Notes under the pieces: generated by a model
Told to the model about the DNA's origin: nothing
Seen by the model: only the letters and a program-made list of their open reading frames with translations
Databases searched by the model: none
Assembly: GCF_006345805.1 (NCBI RefSeq)
Contig: NC_043006.1
Location: forward strand, 15,128,001-15,192,000
From: Octopus sinensis
Lineage: Eukaryota
DNA length: 64,000 bases
Direction of reading: 5' to 3'
Shown here: piece after piece, positions 51,217 to 64,000 of the stretch
Layout: every line of letters starts with the position of its first letter
Position numbering within the stretch: the first letter of the stretch is position 1
Translations under genes and position numbers: made by a program

Positions 51217-53612
51217 CTGGAATTGTATACGTGTCTAAAACGTCGACCAGAAATGTCTAAATGTCTAAATATTGAAATGATGATGATGATGATGATTGGC
51301 ACCAGTTTTCTTTTGCATGAAATTGCAAAGAAAAAAAAAAAAAAGAGAAGAACCTATTGGTCTGATATGACTGTGTATATCGCCAAAAACGATATTGGAA
51401 AAAAAATATATATAAACGAAAAGGAAAGATAGTTTCACAGTACGGAAAGAAAAACAAAACCAACGACAAAAGAACTGATTCTTTTGGCGAGGAATCTACA
51501 GACTCGTAATGTCTGCAAGCAGGTGAGGACGTGTTGTTAATAAGTTATCAAATAAAGAGAAAGAGAACGGGAAGGTTGTGAAAGAGTAAGAGAGCTAACA
51601 ATCAATGAATTTATCTATGGAATATAACAAAGCCGTAATCGATTGATTAACTTTGTGGAACTACCAGGGAATATTTCTTATCATTGTTTTGGTATAAAAT
51701 AAATAAGTTAGGCTTTAAATAAAAAAAAAAAACAATACATTCCATTTATTGAATGTACACAGACAATTTGAAAAGATATATTTATATAAGTACAAAAAAA
51801 AAAATGAGTTAAAAAGGGAAAGAAGAAAAAATGTCGCTATCAGGATAATTGCTGTCAATGCTTATATCTTACCTAATTTATTTACTGTTTATTTACAAAA
51901 AATAACTATCAAAATTAATTTTAACTAGTATATTTCTAATCATGTTTATAATTAAATACCTTTCACTATAAACGAGTTACCTTGAACTTATTTAAAAAGT
52001 TTCTAAGTGGAGATTAGATTTGTTTCTATTGCAAATGTTATTAATGAACAGTAAAAAAAGGCAAACTTAATGCTAAACAATTTCAGATTCTTAATTAATC
52101 AAAATTCTGCCTTTCTCTCTCTCTTTCTCTCTCTCTTCCTTTCTTTCTTTCCCTCTTGCTCTCATTCTTTCTCTCTCTCTACCCTCTCTCTTACACATTG
52201 ATACACGCACTCACATGGAGGTGAAATCACGTAAATAGCTTGAATAAAATTCGAAGCAAAGAGGAAACGAACAAACAAACCGGACAAGCGAAAGTACGTG
52301 AGTAAAAAGAATAGAAATATGAAACGAAAAAAAAAAAGCAACTAACGAAGAAGTATACACTATCGTCAGAAATTAATTAGCACCCTTGATTTGCTCTTCA
52401 CTCAAGGTATGTGCTGTCACCTAGTGGCCATATCTCGAACTATTGCTTTGTTGCGAGTTCACTGTTGCGCAGAACGATGACGTAACTTTGTTTGCAGAGC
52501 AGTTTGAGAGTCTACAGCCTTATGATGTTGACATAGCAGTGCAACAAATTGGAGTGCGGATGCAGACAAATCTTCCTTTGTTTAATAGATATAGGTAGCG
52601 CCTCGCAAGGACCGAAATCACACCATACTAAGTTTTCTCATCGCGTAAGACGTTTTGAACAGCTCATAGGTTAATTGATTTAACCTATTTAATGTAGAAA
52701 TTTGAGAAGTGCTAATTAATTTCTGACGCAAGTGTAGAGTAAAGCTTCATACGCCAAAGGAAGAAGCAGAAAAGAATCTGACGGTTCGGGTGATTACACT
52801 TTATCAAAGAAAAGAAACAGAATGGAAAAGATAATTAAGAGACTGGAGAAAAACAAAAATATGCGATACCCCAAAACGACGCCTATTCATATGCCAGGTC
52901 ATAGGTAGGATATATATATATACCAAATTGTTTGCATGTATACGTTATGATGTAGATATGTCTCTATATATTTATGTGTGTGTATGTATTGTAGGTATGT
53001 ATATGTATGTATATGCATGTATGTGTGTGTGCGTATACATATGCGTGTGTGTATGTATATATATATATATATATGCATGTATATATACGTATATATATAC
53101 ATACATGTATAAATGTGTATGCATTTGTGTGTATATTTTTATATATGTGAGCATCTATTTGCATACATATTTTGTATTTTTGTATATCTGTATGCGTATC
53201 CATATGTGTGTATAGTTGTATGTATATTTGTACTTATGATATAGATATACTTTTATGATATAGATATGATATAGATGTAATTTTATGGGTATTTTTCTAT
53301 GTGTTCGTTGCGCAAGCTATACGAAGTATCTAATCGTCGTTGGTTACTTTTTACACCGTTTATTCCTTTGGAATAAAACCAATGTTGTCTTCGAAAACTA
53401 TGTCGAAAGTAAAAGAATTTGAATAGCATCTGCGTTCAACTCCATTTATTTACTTATACTACACAAAATACTGCACCTTAACCCGGAGCTTCTACCTTTG
53501 AATAGGGTCGCTACATCCTTGTTACTTGCGTGAATTTTGCTACCCTGGTAACTGTTTATTGAATTTTCCATGTTAACGGTAAATAAAGGATAATTCATTC
53601 ATCCATTTATAT

Positions 53613-53936
<324 letters not shown>

Positions 53937-54147
53937 TCATACGAGAGAGTTATAATCAGGGGTGGATAACTACCTTATCGGAACCACCTATAACCATAGG
54001 ATACGCGGATTCTGCTCAAGTTACAGATTTAGTTGGTATTTATATTCTTTTTGCCTTAGGAAGGGATTTTCCTGAACATGCAGGAGGTTTTTATAGGGAT
54101 GATACCTTTTCCACCATTAGGAACCTATCTAATAGGAAACTTGAACT

Positions 54148-54395
54148 ATACATTATTTAAATTTGACGGATATTTGTTCTCATCTTGTTTGTTGTTAACA
54201 CAACGTTTCGGCTAAGGTATTTTTCGGAAAATACCTTAGGAATGAGAACCCAGGTTCGAAATTTCTCCAAGACACCTGATGAAGGCTGAAGAGTATATTA
54301 GCCGAAATGTTGTGTTAAAAACAAACAAGATGCGGTCAAATATCCATCCCATATAAATAATGTACATAATTCCTCATCTCTTAAATATAGAACTG
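54148..54395. mobile_element. Non-coding insertion with an internal inverted duplication of about 60 bp
   Basis: gacggatatttgttctcatcttgtttgttgttaacacaacgtttcggct versus agccgaaatgttgtgttaaaaacaaacaagatg...aaatatcc. Confidence 0.8.
54271..54316 (+). ncRNA. Minimal type I hammerhead, core CUGAUGA
   Basis: GACAC-CTGATGA-A-GGCT(..)AGCC-GAAA-TG-TT-GTGTT; the inverted partial copy preserves GAAACGTT (palindromic ACGU stem III). Confidence 0.7.
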
Positions 54396-55550
54396 TAACT
54401 TAAACTATATAAGAAAATTTTTTACAAATTTTTAAAGAATTTTGGACTCTATAACGATAGAAAATAACCATGAATCGGTTAACTTCTTGGATGTTAATCT
54501 TAATCTCATTACTGACAACTATGAACCATATCACAAGCCTAACTCCAATCTTAAGAATATAATATAAATGTTGGAAGTAATCATTCCGGTTCTGTAAAAG
54601 ACTTTTTAGTTTATAATATCTGTGAAAGAATTTCTGATGTATAGTCTATTAAGGATATTTTTGACAATAATGCTATTATAACATAGCACTCAGCAAAGCT
54701 GGGTATAAACAAAAATTGAAATATCATCCTAAAAATATGGACATCAGTATCTCCAACAACATGAATGTTTCTCATGTTAGTTATAATTTTAAACGAACTG
54801 GCAGGAATAGGAATAAGGATAGACGAAATAAGCAAAAATATCCAAATGAGAATAATGGTATATAAAACATACTAATATGAGTAGTAACGAAAATATATTT
54901 GGTGATTGCAAAGTTAGATGTAAATGTTTATTTAAAAGTTGTTGTAAGCACAAAAATGTTGTTTACAGATGTAAATCTGAAGGTGAGTTTCTTTTACATA
55001 GGGGCAACGCAGCATTTTATCAAGAAACGTATCTCTAATCACAATTACACCTTTAATAATGGGAACAGATCCTCTTGTACCAGTAAATTTATTTGGGACT
55101 TGAAAAACAAGAAAAATAGTTTTTCTGTTGAGTGGGAGATTGTAAGCAAAGCTGCTGCTTATAAATTTAGAAATTCTTTTTGTTTCTCTGCCTCGAGGAG
55201 TTATACCAAATCTAATATTCCAAGAGGTGCTTCTTAAATACAAGGATTGATTCTGATTTTTCATGTGTTCACGCATATAAATGGGCTCTCAAAAACTACC
55301 ATTAGATATACTATCATCACAAATAAATCAATTATGTTAAAGTTACTAGTATTTTGAATAGGTCGGTATTTCATGTTTAATACACTAACATCTATAACTA
55401 TAGGAATAAAAAATTCTTAGTAGATATATAAATATTAGATATTAATATTTCGTATTAAACATTAACGTTTCATCTTAAATACGGGCAAGGAGACTGATTA
55501 TTCCTGTATTTTTTGCATGTTTATGAGTTTTCAAATACTGATATCAATTA

Positions 55551-55604
<54 letters not shown>

Positions 55605-55631
55605 CATTATTATTATTATTATTATTATTAT
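55551..55631. repeat. (ATT)n microsatellite
   Basis: Direct repeat. Confidence 0.97.
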
Positions 55632-55650
55632 AAATAATTAATTACATATT

Positions 55651-56044
55651 ATGTTCTATTGTAGGCACAAGGCCCGAAAGTTTTTGGGAAAGGCCAGTCG
55701 ATTAGATCGAACCCAGTACGCAACTGGTACTTAATTTATCTACCCCGAAAGGATGAAAGGCAAAGTCGAATTCGGCAGAATTAGAACTCAGAACGTAGAG
55801 GCAGACGAAATATCTATTTCTTTACTACCCACAAGGAACTAAACACAGAGGACAAACAAGGACAGACAAACGGATTAAGTCGATTACATCAACCCCAGTG
55901 CGTAACTGGTACTTAATTTATCGACCCCGAAAGGATGAAAGGCAAAGTCGACCTCGGCGGAATTTGAACTCAGAACGTAGCGGCAGACGAAATACCGCTA
56001 AGCATTTCGCCCGGCGTGCTAACGTTCCTGTCTGCCCGCCGCCT
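55651..56044 (-). mobile_element. SINE family C dimer
   Basis: Two bodies; TSD-like taattaatta(c/t)atatt on both sides. Confidence 0.9.
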
Positions 56045-56706
56045 TAATTAATTATATATTAATTATATATTACTTTGACTCTGTCGATACTTTACCCTTT
56101 ACACCACCATCTGTAAATATAAGGATTAAAGAATGCTTAGTAGATATAATATTGATATAGAAATATTAATTAAAGAGTAAAGATGCTTATTAGGTTTTCT
56201 GCTCAGGTAGCAGTATCATATGTGGTTTCTATAAATTTAATTAAGCACGTTTCTCATGAATATGTCGATGACATTTTATAATATAATTCATAAAATTAAA
56301 TTAAAGATAAAACGTATTGACTTTGTAGTAGTTGTAGTTTAAGTAATTTATAAATAATTTTTATCAATTGGATTTGGTAACGATTCGTTTTCATTTGTTT
56401 ACATAGTTTGTGTTGACCATAACTATTGCGCGCAAATATAGATGGCGCGATACTCTAATATGGTAATTAACAAGCTGTTTTTAATAAGTCATATTTTTCG
56501 TTGTCTCCAATATTTTAACAAACGCATGCACAATTAGATGATGAATGTTACATCTCTCTCTTCCTCACTCTCTCTCTCACTCTCTTTATCCCTCTGTATC
56601 TCTCTTTCAATCTCTCTCTCTCACTCTGACACCTAGTTTACTCGAACTGAAACTGCTCCACCAGTAACAACTATTATGTATTACAAACGCACGCGCACAA
56701 CTATAT

Positions 56707-56751
<45 letters not shown>

Positions 56752-56903
56752 GTGTGTGTGTGTGTGTTTACTCTTTATCTTTTATTAAACTTTTAATACT
56801 TTTGATATTTATATAAAAAAAATTAAATAAAAAAATTAATAAATAAATAATAAATAATAATAAATAAATTAATTAATAAACAAAATAATATATAAATATA
56901 AAA

Positions 56904-56974
<71 letters not shown>

Positions 56975-57155
56975 ATAATATATATATATATATATTATAT
57001 ATATATTGTATATATATTTAAAATTTATAAGTTTAAATTATTTTAATAATTTTTTAATTTTTAACTTTTATATTTTAAAATTATTTTATGTATTGGCTTA
57101 TGTTTTTCACTGTTGATTTGCCTAATAATGGTTTTATCTCTAATTTAATATAATA

Positions 57156-57249
<94 letters not shown>

Positions 57250-57251
<2 letters not shown>

Positions 57252-57661
57252 TGTGTGTACGAGTGCTAATAGTGGTTTTTTTTAATGCATACATTGCCAA
57301 AATGCATACATCTGAGTCTGTCAAGGGTTGATCGACACTGGAAAATGTAACTCCTTTCTGGAAAATTCTCCCCTGATGAAATACCCAATTAACCAGCTGT
57401 GAAGGAGAGTATATTCGCTGAGAGCTTTTTGGTGTGTTAAAAAAATCATATACCCCACCCACTTTTCTATGACACGGTTAGGGCCTGGAATTTTCCAGAG
57501 AGACGCATGACGTGTCACTTAGTCGTATTAACTCTTCATTTACTCCACAAATGTTTTGTCGCCAATGCTGCACTTCCCCGTATCACATGTTTCAACTTAA
57601 ATATACCATGCATACAAACTATGTAATTTAAATCCAGAGCAACGCCGGGTGTGTCTGCTAG
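57250..57661 (+). mobile_element. Helitron-like element; 3' end clear, 5' end uncertain
   Basis: ccagagcaacgccgggtgtgtctgCTAG|t; a similar end lies at 20492-20519. Confidence 0.55.
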
Positions 57662-58385
57662 TTCTCTACATAAATCCCGCAAACTTTGGATTATATTCTT
57701 ACAATCTTCAAAATCCTTAACTTTTCTCCTCACCAGTAACTATTTAACATCTACCTGCTACATAAGTTAAAAAGTTGAGAGATTGTTGACCTTCACTCTG
57801 GATCCGATCGCACGAATACTTTAGAGGAAGTACATTAATATTGTAAAATCTACAAATTATATTATATCAGTCTCCGATGAAGATTCTTGTAACTTCATTA
57901 TCCGGTATGTATATATCAAGTTTTATTAGTTATGATTATCGATGCAATATACTATAACCCTATTATATAACTTACTGGAATAAAATGCAACTGAAATTTG
58001 ATAATTTGATCGCCAGACAAGGAGAGTCGTTCACTTAGATATAACTACTTAAATGTAAAGTAACTAACATAGGTAGAAATGATAGAAACTTCTGAATATA
58101 TTTATGATGTCTGAAGTTTAATATAAGAAATAAACTACCGCTATCTTGCTGTCGCAAGATCTGCTAATGGTAGACAAAACATGAACTATGCAAATTTTCT
58201 GTTGTATCTTCAAACATATTCAGGTTGTATCTTATTTTTATAAGATATATACGCATGCATATCAATATTAATTTTGATAAAATGATTAGTAAATACCGAT
58301 TATAAGAATGAAAGGTTTATGAAATAGTTAAGTGGAATAAAATGTATTAATAAACATGACATATACACAGGCACTCATATAACTT

Positions 58386-58468
<83 letters not shown>

Positions 58469-58483
58469 TGCATGCATACATAT

Positions 58484-58664
58484 ATGTGAGGGGATGCTGA
58501 AAAGTTCCTGGCTTTAAGGGTATCGCGAAAGGCCTGGCTGAAAGTCCAATCTTCCGAGTTCTTTTACAGGGTTTAGAAAAACTGAAGGACCACTGCGATA
58601 ATTTGAGAGGGGAATATGTTGAATAAAATTAACTGATCCTCCTGAAATTTTCACCACCCCTGCG

Positions 58665-58666
<2 letters not shown>
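58484..58666. mobile_element. Mariner-derived MITE
   Basis: Imperfect TIRs gaggggatgctgaaaagttc and gaaattttcaccacccctgcg; internal mariner C-terminal remnant ending GEYVE*. Confidence 0.7.
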
Positions 58667-58763
<97 letters not shown>

Positions 58764-58906
58764 TTCATTTTTGGATTTGGTTTGCAAGATTCTTTATGTG
58801 AGTTCGTGTGTTGAAGCATATTTTATTGTGTCTGTGTAGAGTCATTCTCTTTTAGTGCCTTATTATTTAACACACTCACTGGTTAAATTTCCACTCATTT
58901 ATTATT

Positions 58907-58944
58907 CTAAAATTTTCGATGCATCTTGCAACGTTTTTCAATAG
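58907..58944 (-). ncRNA. Weak minimal hammerhead-like motif with U3-A8 core
   Basis: Minus strand CTA-TTGAAAA-AC-GTTGC(aagat)GCATC-GAAA-ATT-T-TAG; stem I only 3 bp. Confidence 0.35.
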
Positions 58945-59277
58945 TTGTTGACTCTGTCCGTTATCCGAGCTGCGTTCTTTTTGTTTGTGCGCATGTGTGG
59001 GCTCAGTGTGTGTGCGCATGAATGCATGCATGTATGTATGTATGTATGCTTGTGCGTGTATGGATGTCTGTATGTGTGTGTGTGTGTGTGTTCGTATGTA
59101 TATATGTATGTATGTGTGTACGTTTGTATGTATGTATTCTACATTTTCATGTGTTTGTGTGTTTGTATGCATGTGTGTGTGTGCGTGTGCGTACCTCTGT
59201 ATCCTCGTCCGTGCATGTCTGAGTGTGTCTCTGTGTGTGTGTATGGGTTTTTGTGATTACAGACACCAACCTGACGG

Positions 59278-60250
59278 TTGACAATTTCCTAGATGTATCA
59301 TTAGATCTAAATAAGAATATTTATAAGCCTTATAAGAAGCCCAACGATAGACTTAGTTATATTAAAGTGGGTTCCTACCATCCCTCCTCATAGTGTTTCA
59401 AAATTTAGTTAAAAACATTAGCAAAAGAATTTCTAGCCTTTCCTCCGATAGGGACATTTTCAACAGCGTTGCCCCAGTATACAATAAAGCTCTAAAAGAT
59501 AGTGGATTTAGCGAGGAAATAACCTATTCACTGGGATAAAAGGAAAACAACCAATAATAGAGAAGAGGAAACATAGGAATAGGAAAACTATCTGGTTCAC
59601 AACCCCCTACTCACCCGAAGTGACCTTCAATATAGGCAAGTATTTCTTAGCACTGATAGGTTGACATTTTCCAGTCAACCATAGTTACAGAAAGATCTTC
59701 AATAGACACAACTTAAAAATCAGTTTCAGCTCTACTAATTTTAAAAATATAATCGCACACAACACACAAAAACCATAATATGAAACCAGCTGTTCATGCA
59801 GAGATAAAAATTTGTGCCCGCTAAATGGATCTTGTATGTCCGAGACCATCATTTATGAAGCCACCGTGGACTCTATACCCACTAAGGACACGGTTTCGAC
59901 GAAGAAATACGTGGGCCTTACAGAAAGTAATTTCAAGGCCAGGTTCAATAATCACACCTTGAGCTTCAGGCACTGGGATAAAAGGAAAACAACCAAATTA
60001 TCCAAATTATCCTTAAAAGATAAAAATGTCAGTTACAACATCCATTGGAAGATCTTAGCCAAGTGTAAGCCCTACACCAACGGCAGTGGAAAGTGCGGTC
60101 TTTGTGATATGGAAAGACGGCTCATCTGGAAAAGCAGCTTAGATCCCCGCTACATGTCTGAATTCAAGAACTGAACTTTTCGGATCATGTCCATGTGTAG
60201 CTAAATATTTGTTACGTTTTTGGTCCCCCCACCAAGATTACAGTTAGGAC
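59278..60250 (+). pseudogene. Penelope-like retroelement 3' part (RT thumb plus GIY-YIG), Naiad-like by recognition
   Basis: NFLDVSLDL, KRISSLSSDRDIF, YNKALKDSGF, IWFTTPY, CSCRDKNLCPLNGSC, YVGLTESNFKARFNNH, CGLC, NSRTELFGSC; frameshifted. Confidence 0.9.
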
Positions 60251-61256
60251 TTGCTTTCTATATTGTGTCCACGTACAAGTTTTTTATCTCTACTTTTTAC
60301 TTATATTTCTTATATATTTTTATATATATCTATATATTTTTCATATATATATTTTTTACATATTTATAGAGATATTGTTTTATAGGCTTATTGCTCATAT
60401 ATTTTATACACATATTTTTTCTGTATTCTACCTTCCACCCTGCATTTTCCCTGTGCGTATGTAGACGTGTATATGGAATCTTTTGTGCGCGCGTGTGGAT
60501 GTGTGCAGGTATGTGCGTATATAGACGTGTGTGTGTGTGTGCGTGCATGCGAGTATGTGTGTATATAGACGTGTTGTACTCATTGCTTATTTTTACACAT
60601 TTATTACATATTTTCCTCTATTTTGCCTTTAACCCTGTTTTTTCTTGTGCATGTGCGTATATAGACGTATGATCTTTTTTGTGCACACGTGTGTGTGCGC
60701 GTATATAGACGTGAGTATGACGTTTTTTTTGTGTGCGCGCGTGTGTGTGTGCGTATATTGACGTGTGCGGGTATGCGGGTATAGAGACGTGTGTGCGTGC
60801 ATCCGGGTATGTGCGTATATAGATGTGTTTTACTCTTATTGCTTATTTTTTTATACTTCTTTACTATTTTTTCTGTATTTTGCCTTTAGCCCAGTTTTTT
60901 CTTGCGCATGTGCGTATATAGACGTGTGTATGAACCTTTTTTTGGTGCGTGTGTGTGTTCGAGCATGTATGCGGGAATGTATATATTTTTGGCGAATGTG
61001 TGGGTGAGCATGTGTGTGTTTCAAGTGAGGGTGGATGAGTATATACATATAGGCAGATGTACGTGGATGTGCGGGCGCGCATGTGTAGGTATGGACATGC
61101 ACGCTTACGTGACTACTATGAATATTTTACCCCCTTACCTTTACTCCCTCCCCTTACTTAGCAGACATTCCAATAGCTCTTTTGTCTTAATAACAGTCAA
61201 TCACAGTAATTTTCCTTTGTTTAGCGGTCATTTTCATAGCATTTTTTCGATGGCCG

Positions 61257-61317
61257 GATAACTGAAGAGATGGCGACGTGGGTTTCCGCCCCGACATCCG
61301 AAACACGGAGTTTTATC
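61257..61317 (+). ncRNA. Type I hammerhead-like motif in the pseudo-LTR-like repeat 61249-61420
   Basis: GATAA-CTGAAGA-GATG..CATC-C-GAAA-CACGGAG-TT-TTATC; perfect 5 bp stem I. Confidence 0.6.
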
Positions 61318-61461
61318 ATGGGTACCGAATAATTCTCACATATTAATTTTACTGATAAATGCCTCTATTTACATAATATCGAGGTCTCTTTCATTCTTTT
61401 GTTGTCTTACCACCATTCCTATCGATATATTACACTATACATACACACACACACACACACA

Positions 61462-61509
<48 letters not shown>

Positions 61510-61545
61510 GTATACATGAAATATATGATATATGATAATAGGCAC

Positions 61546-61711
61546 AGGAGTGACTGTGTGGTAAGTAGCTTGCTAACCAACCACATGGTTCCGGGTTCAG
61601 TCCCACTGCGTGGCACCTTGGGCAAGTGTCTTCTGCTATAGCCCCGGGCCGACCAATGCCTTGTGAGTGGATTTGGTAGACGGAAACTGAAAGAAGCCTG
61701 TCGTATATATG

Positions 61712-61742
<31 letters not shown>

Positions 61743-61975
61743 GTGTGTGTTTGTGTGTCTGTGTTTGTTCCCCTAGCATTGCTTGACAACCGATGCTGGT
61801 GTGTCTACGTCCCCGTCACTTAGCGGTTCGGCAAAAAGAGACCGATAGAATAAGTACTGGGCTTACAAAAGAATAAGTCCCGGAGTCGAGTTGCTCGACT
61901 AAAGGCGGTGCTCCAGCCTGGCCGCAGTCAAATGACTGAAACAAGTAAAAGAGTAAAACAGTATAAAAGAAAAGA
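61546..61975 (+). mobile_element. SINE family B, full length
   Basis: Consensus match. Confidence 0.93.
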
Positions 61976-62784
61976 GTATATGTTATATGAAAGTAACACT
62001 GTTCTCTAAAGTGAAAATTTTACACACACCCCCGTACACGTGCACACGCAAGCACACATATATATTCGTATACAGATTGATGCACCCGAGGAGGTAAATA
62101 GAAACTAATATTCTAAACTACTTCAGTGTATTACTACGATTACCTTTAGACAGATATTTATGCAGTATTGCTTGATACTTCACTAATGAGCTGCTTAAGA
62201 AATTATCCTTTTGTGAACTAGCATGAACTCAATGTTAAGTCGTAACGAAAATCAACGATGGATTAATTAAGGAGTAATAGAGATAAGTTTCTGGAAATGA
62301 AAGCCATGCTACACTCCGATCAGAGATAAAAACCACTCAAAGGACTCTTTGAATGTCACTTAGAGGTTTCTTTGAAGATCACTTAACAAGTTGGTTTCAA
62401 TGAAGTGTGTCTTGGAATGCGTTTGTTCTTTATTTTCAGTTGATAATATCATTAGATGTATATTGATGGATGGTGAACTGTTCTTTGGAATCCCTTTAAA
62501 TATTTATCGTTAGGAATGTAAAGACCAATATTGCATTAATGTAAGTCAGTATGCTATTTAGTGCTGCTCTAAATATAGTTCTGTAATCTGTTTTCAACGC
62601 TGTCCGATGTAAGGAAAGGGGAAATATTTGTATTCTCTTGATACATAAGAACGTTGCAGTAAATTTTTGTTGTTAACTCTTTTAACTAAGTTTTCAAACT
62701 GGCACAAGCATCACCGGCATCATACTATTTCTTTCTCCATTTACATCACTCTCTTGAGGAGTATCTCTCCTCTACTCTGACTTT

Positions 62785-62985
62785 GCCGGGCGAAATGCTT
62801 AGCGGTATTTCGTATGCCGTTACGTTCTGAGTTCAAATTCCGCCGAGGTCGACTTTGCCTTTCATCCTTTCGAGGTCGATAAATAAAGTACCAGTCACGC
62901 ACTGGGGTCGATGTAATCGACTTAATTCGTTTGTCTGTCTTTGTTTGTCCCCTCTGTGTTTAGCCCCTTGTGGGTAATAAAAAAA
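62785..62985 (+). mobile_element. SINE family C, 5'-truncated monomer; decayed copies follow at 63190-63580
   Basis: Consensus body and tail. Confidence 0.88.
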
Positions 62986-64000
62986 CATATTTTCCTAAGC
63001 CGGAGAGAAAGAGTGACAGAGAAAAAAAAAAGTGAGAATGAATAATGCGAGGCTGAAAGAGAAAGGGGAAAAAAGGGTCAGATGTCACATGGCCATTTCA
63101 TTTCATTTCAATGTGTACGCATTCACACACACATATGCATAGTCGGTATCAGTAAAACACTGTGGGAAATTCAAGACTTACTCTCCCCACCAAATTTCTG
63201 GCCCTCTGCTTGTCTTACAGACAAATATTTACCCAGTAGAGAGTGATTGACTGGTAAATATTTTTACTCTAGGGCTTTGGTTCCCATCCCACTGAGGTGA
63301 ACTCTACATATTATCCCTCCGGGATCAATAAAATGAAATAGCCATGAAGCTCTGGGGTCGATAGCATCGGCTTACTTCCTTTAACAATATTTCTAGCCTT
63401 CAGTCGAAATTAGAAACGATATTGTCACTGCCCTTCATGTTGTGAATTCAAAACACACCGACTTCAGATTTGTCTTTTATCTTTTATGGGTCAACAAAAT
63501 AAGTGCCGATTAAGTACTGGGGTCTATATATTCGATTCAGGTCTATCCTCAAATTTTCTGGCCTCACGCCTAAATCAGAAATTCTTATTTAACCATCGGG
63601 TGGATGAGGAGTTGTATCCATGATGCTTCTTGTCCCTCAATGCCCGACGAAATCAACATAGATGATACTGTTTCAGGTCAGACCTCATCAAGCAGACGGA
63701 CGGTCACTGACATTCCACCCATGACCATCCTGTATTTCTGAAACTCATTGAATCGAGAAACTATATTACTCATTGAGTACATGTATGCAGATGACATGCT
63801 GGCTTGCTAGTTCCAAAATCTGATTGTTTATTTATCAGTCGACTTACCTAACATCATGGTCAGCCATCTGTATCTAAAAAACATTTATTTCATATCTGCC
63901 GATATCCAATGCTACCTTAAACCGTATAACAATATGATCATACGTTGATAGAATTATTTGTTTATGTAATATGCAATCTGAAATAAATCCAGGTTTGAGC

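Larger units (their letters stand above)
53990..55310 (+). pseudogene. Penelope-like retroelement remnant (RT plus GIY-YIG), interrupted at 54148-54395
   Basis: ITIGYADSAQVTDLVGIYIL, FYRDD, VNFLDVNLNL, YNIALSKAGY, YIGAT..KRISNH..F, FIWDLK..VEWEIV. Confidence 0.85.

Noticed and set aside
59780-60250. Selenocysteine (in-frame TGA) usage in the PLE
   Set aside because: The Cys motifs I could read use TGT/TGC; the TGA at 60172 results from a frameshift

Overview
AT-rich, repeat-saturated eukaryotic DNA with no confidently identifiable host protein-coding gene; it looks intronic or intergenic. The mix of tRNA-derived SINE families, RTE/CR1/RLE LINE remnants, mariners and dense microsatellites resembles a cephalopod (Octopus-like) genome, which is inference from recognition only. 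Contents: at least four SINE families (about 30 copies, many with readable target-site duplications), a full-length but disabled mariner and several remnants, two MITEs, Helitron-like elements, two Penelope-like retroelement (PLE) remnants with RT and GIY-YIG domains, a THAP/P-element-like 5' end and a full-length U6 snRNA retrocopy. Most interesting signal: at least seven different non-coding repeat families, mostly sitting in (TA)n or similar microsatellites and often as inverted pairs, carry minimal type I hammerhead ribozyme folds. Their core position 3-8 pair appears as C-G, G-C and U-A. Second: the U6 copy is fused to a retroposon 3' tail whose terminal stem-loop is kept by compensatory changes. 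All alignments, folds and translations outside the ORF track were done by eye; coordinates of decayed elements are approximate and family names A-D are my own labels.
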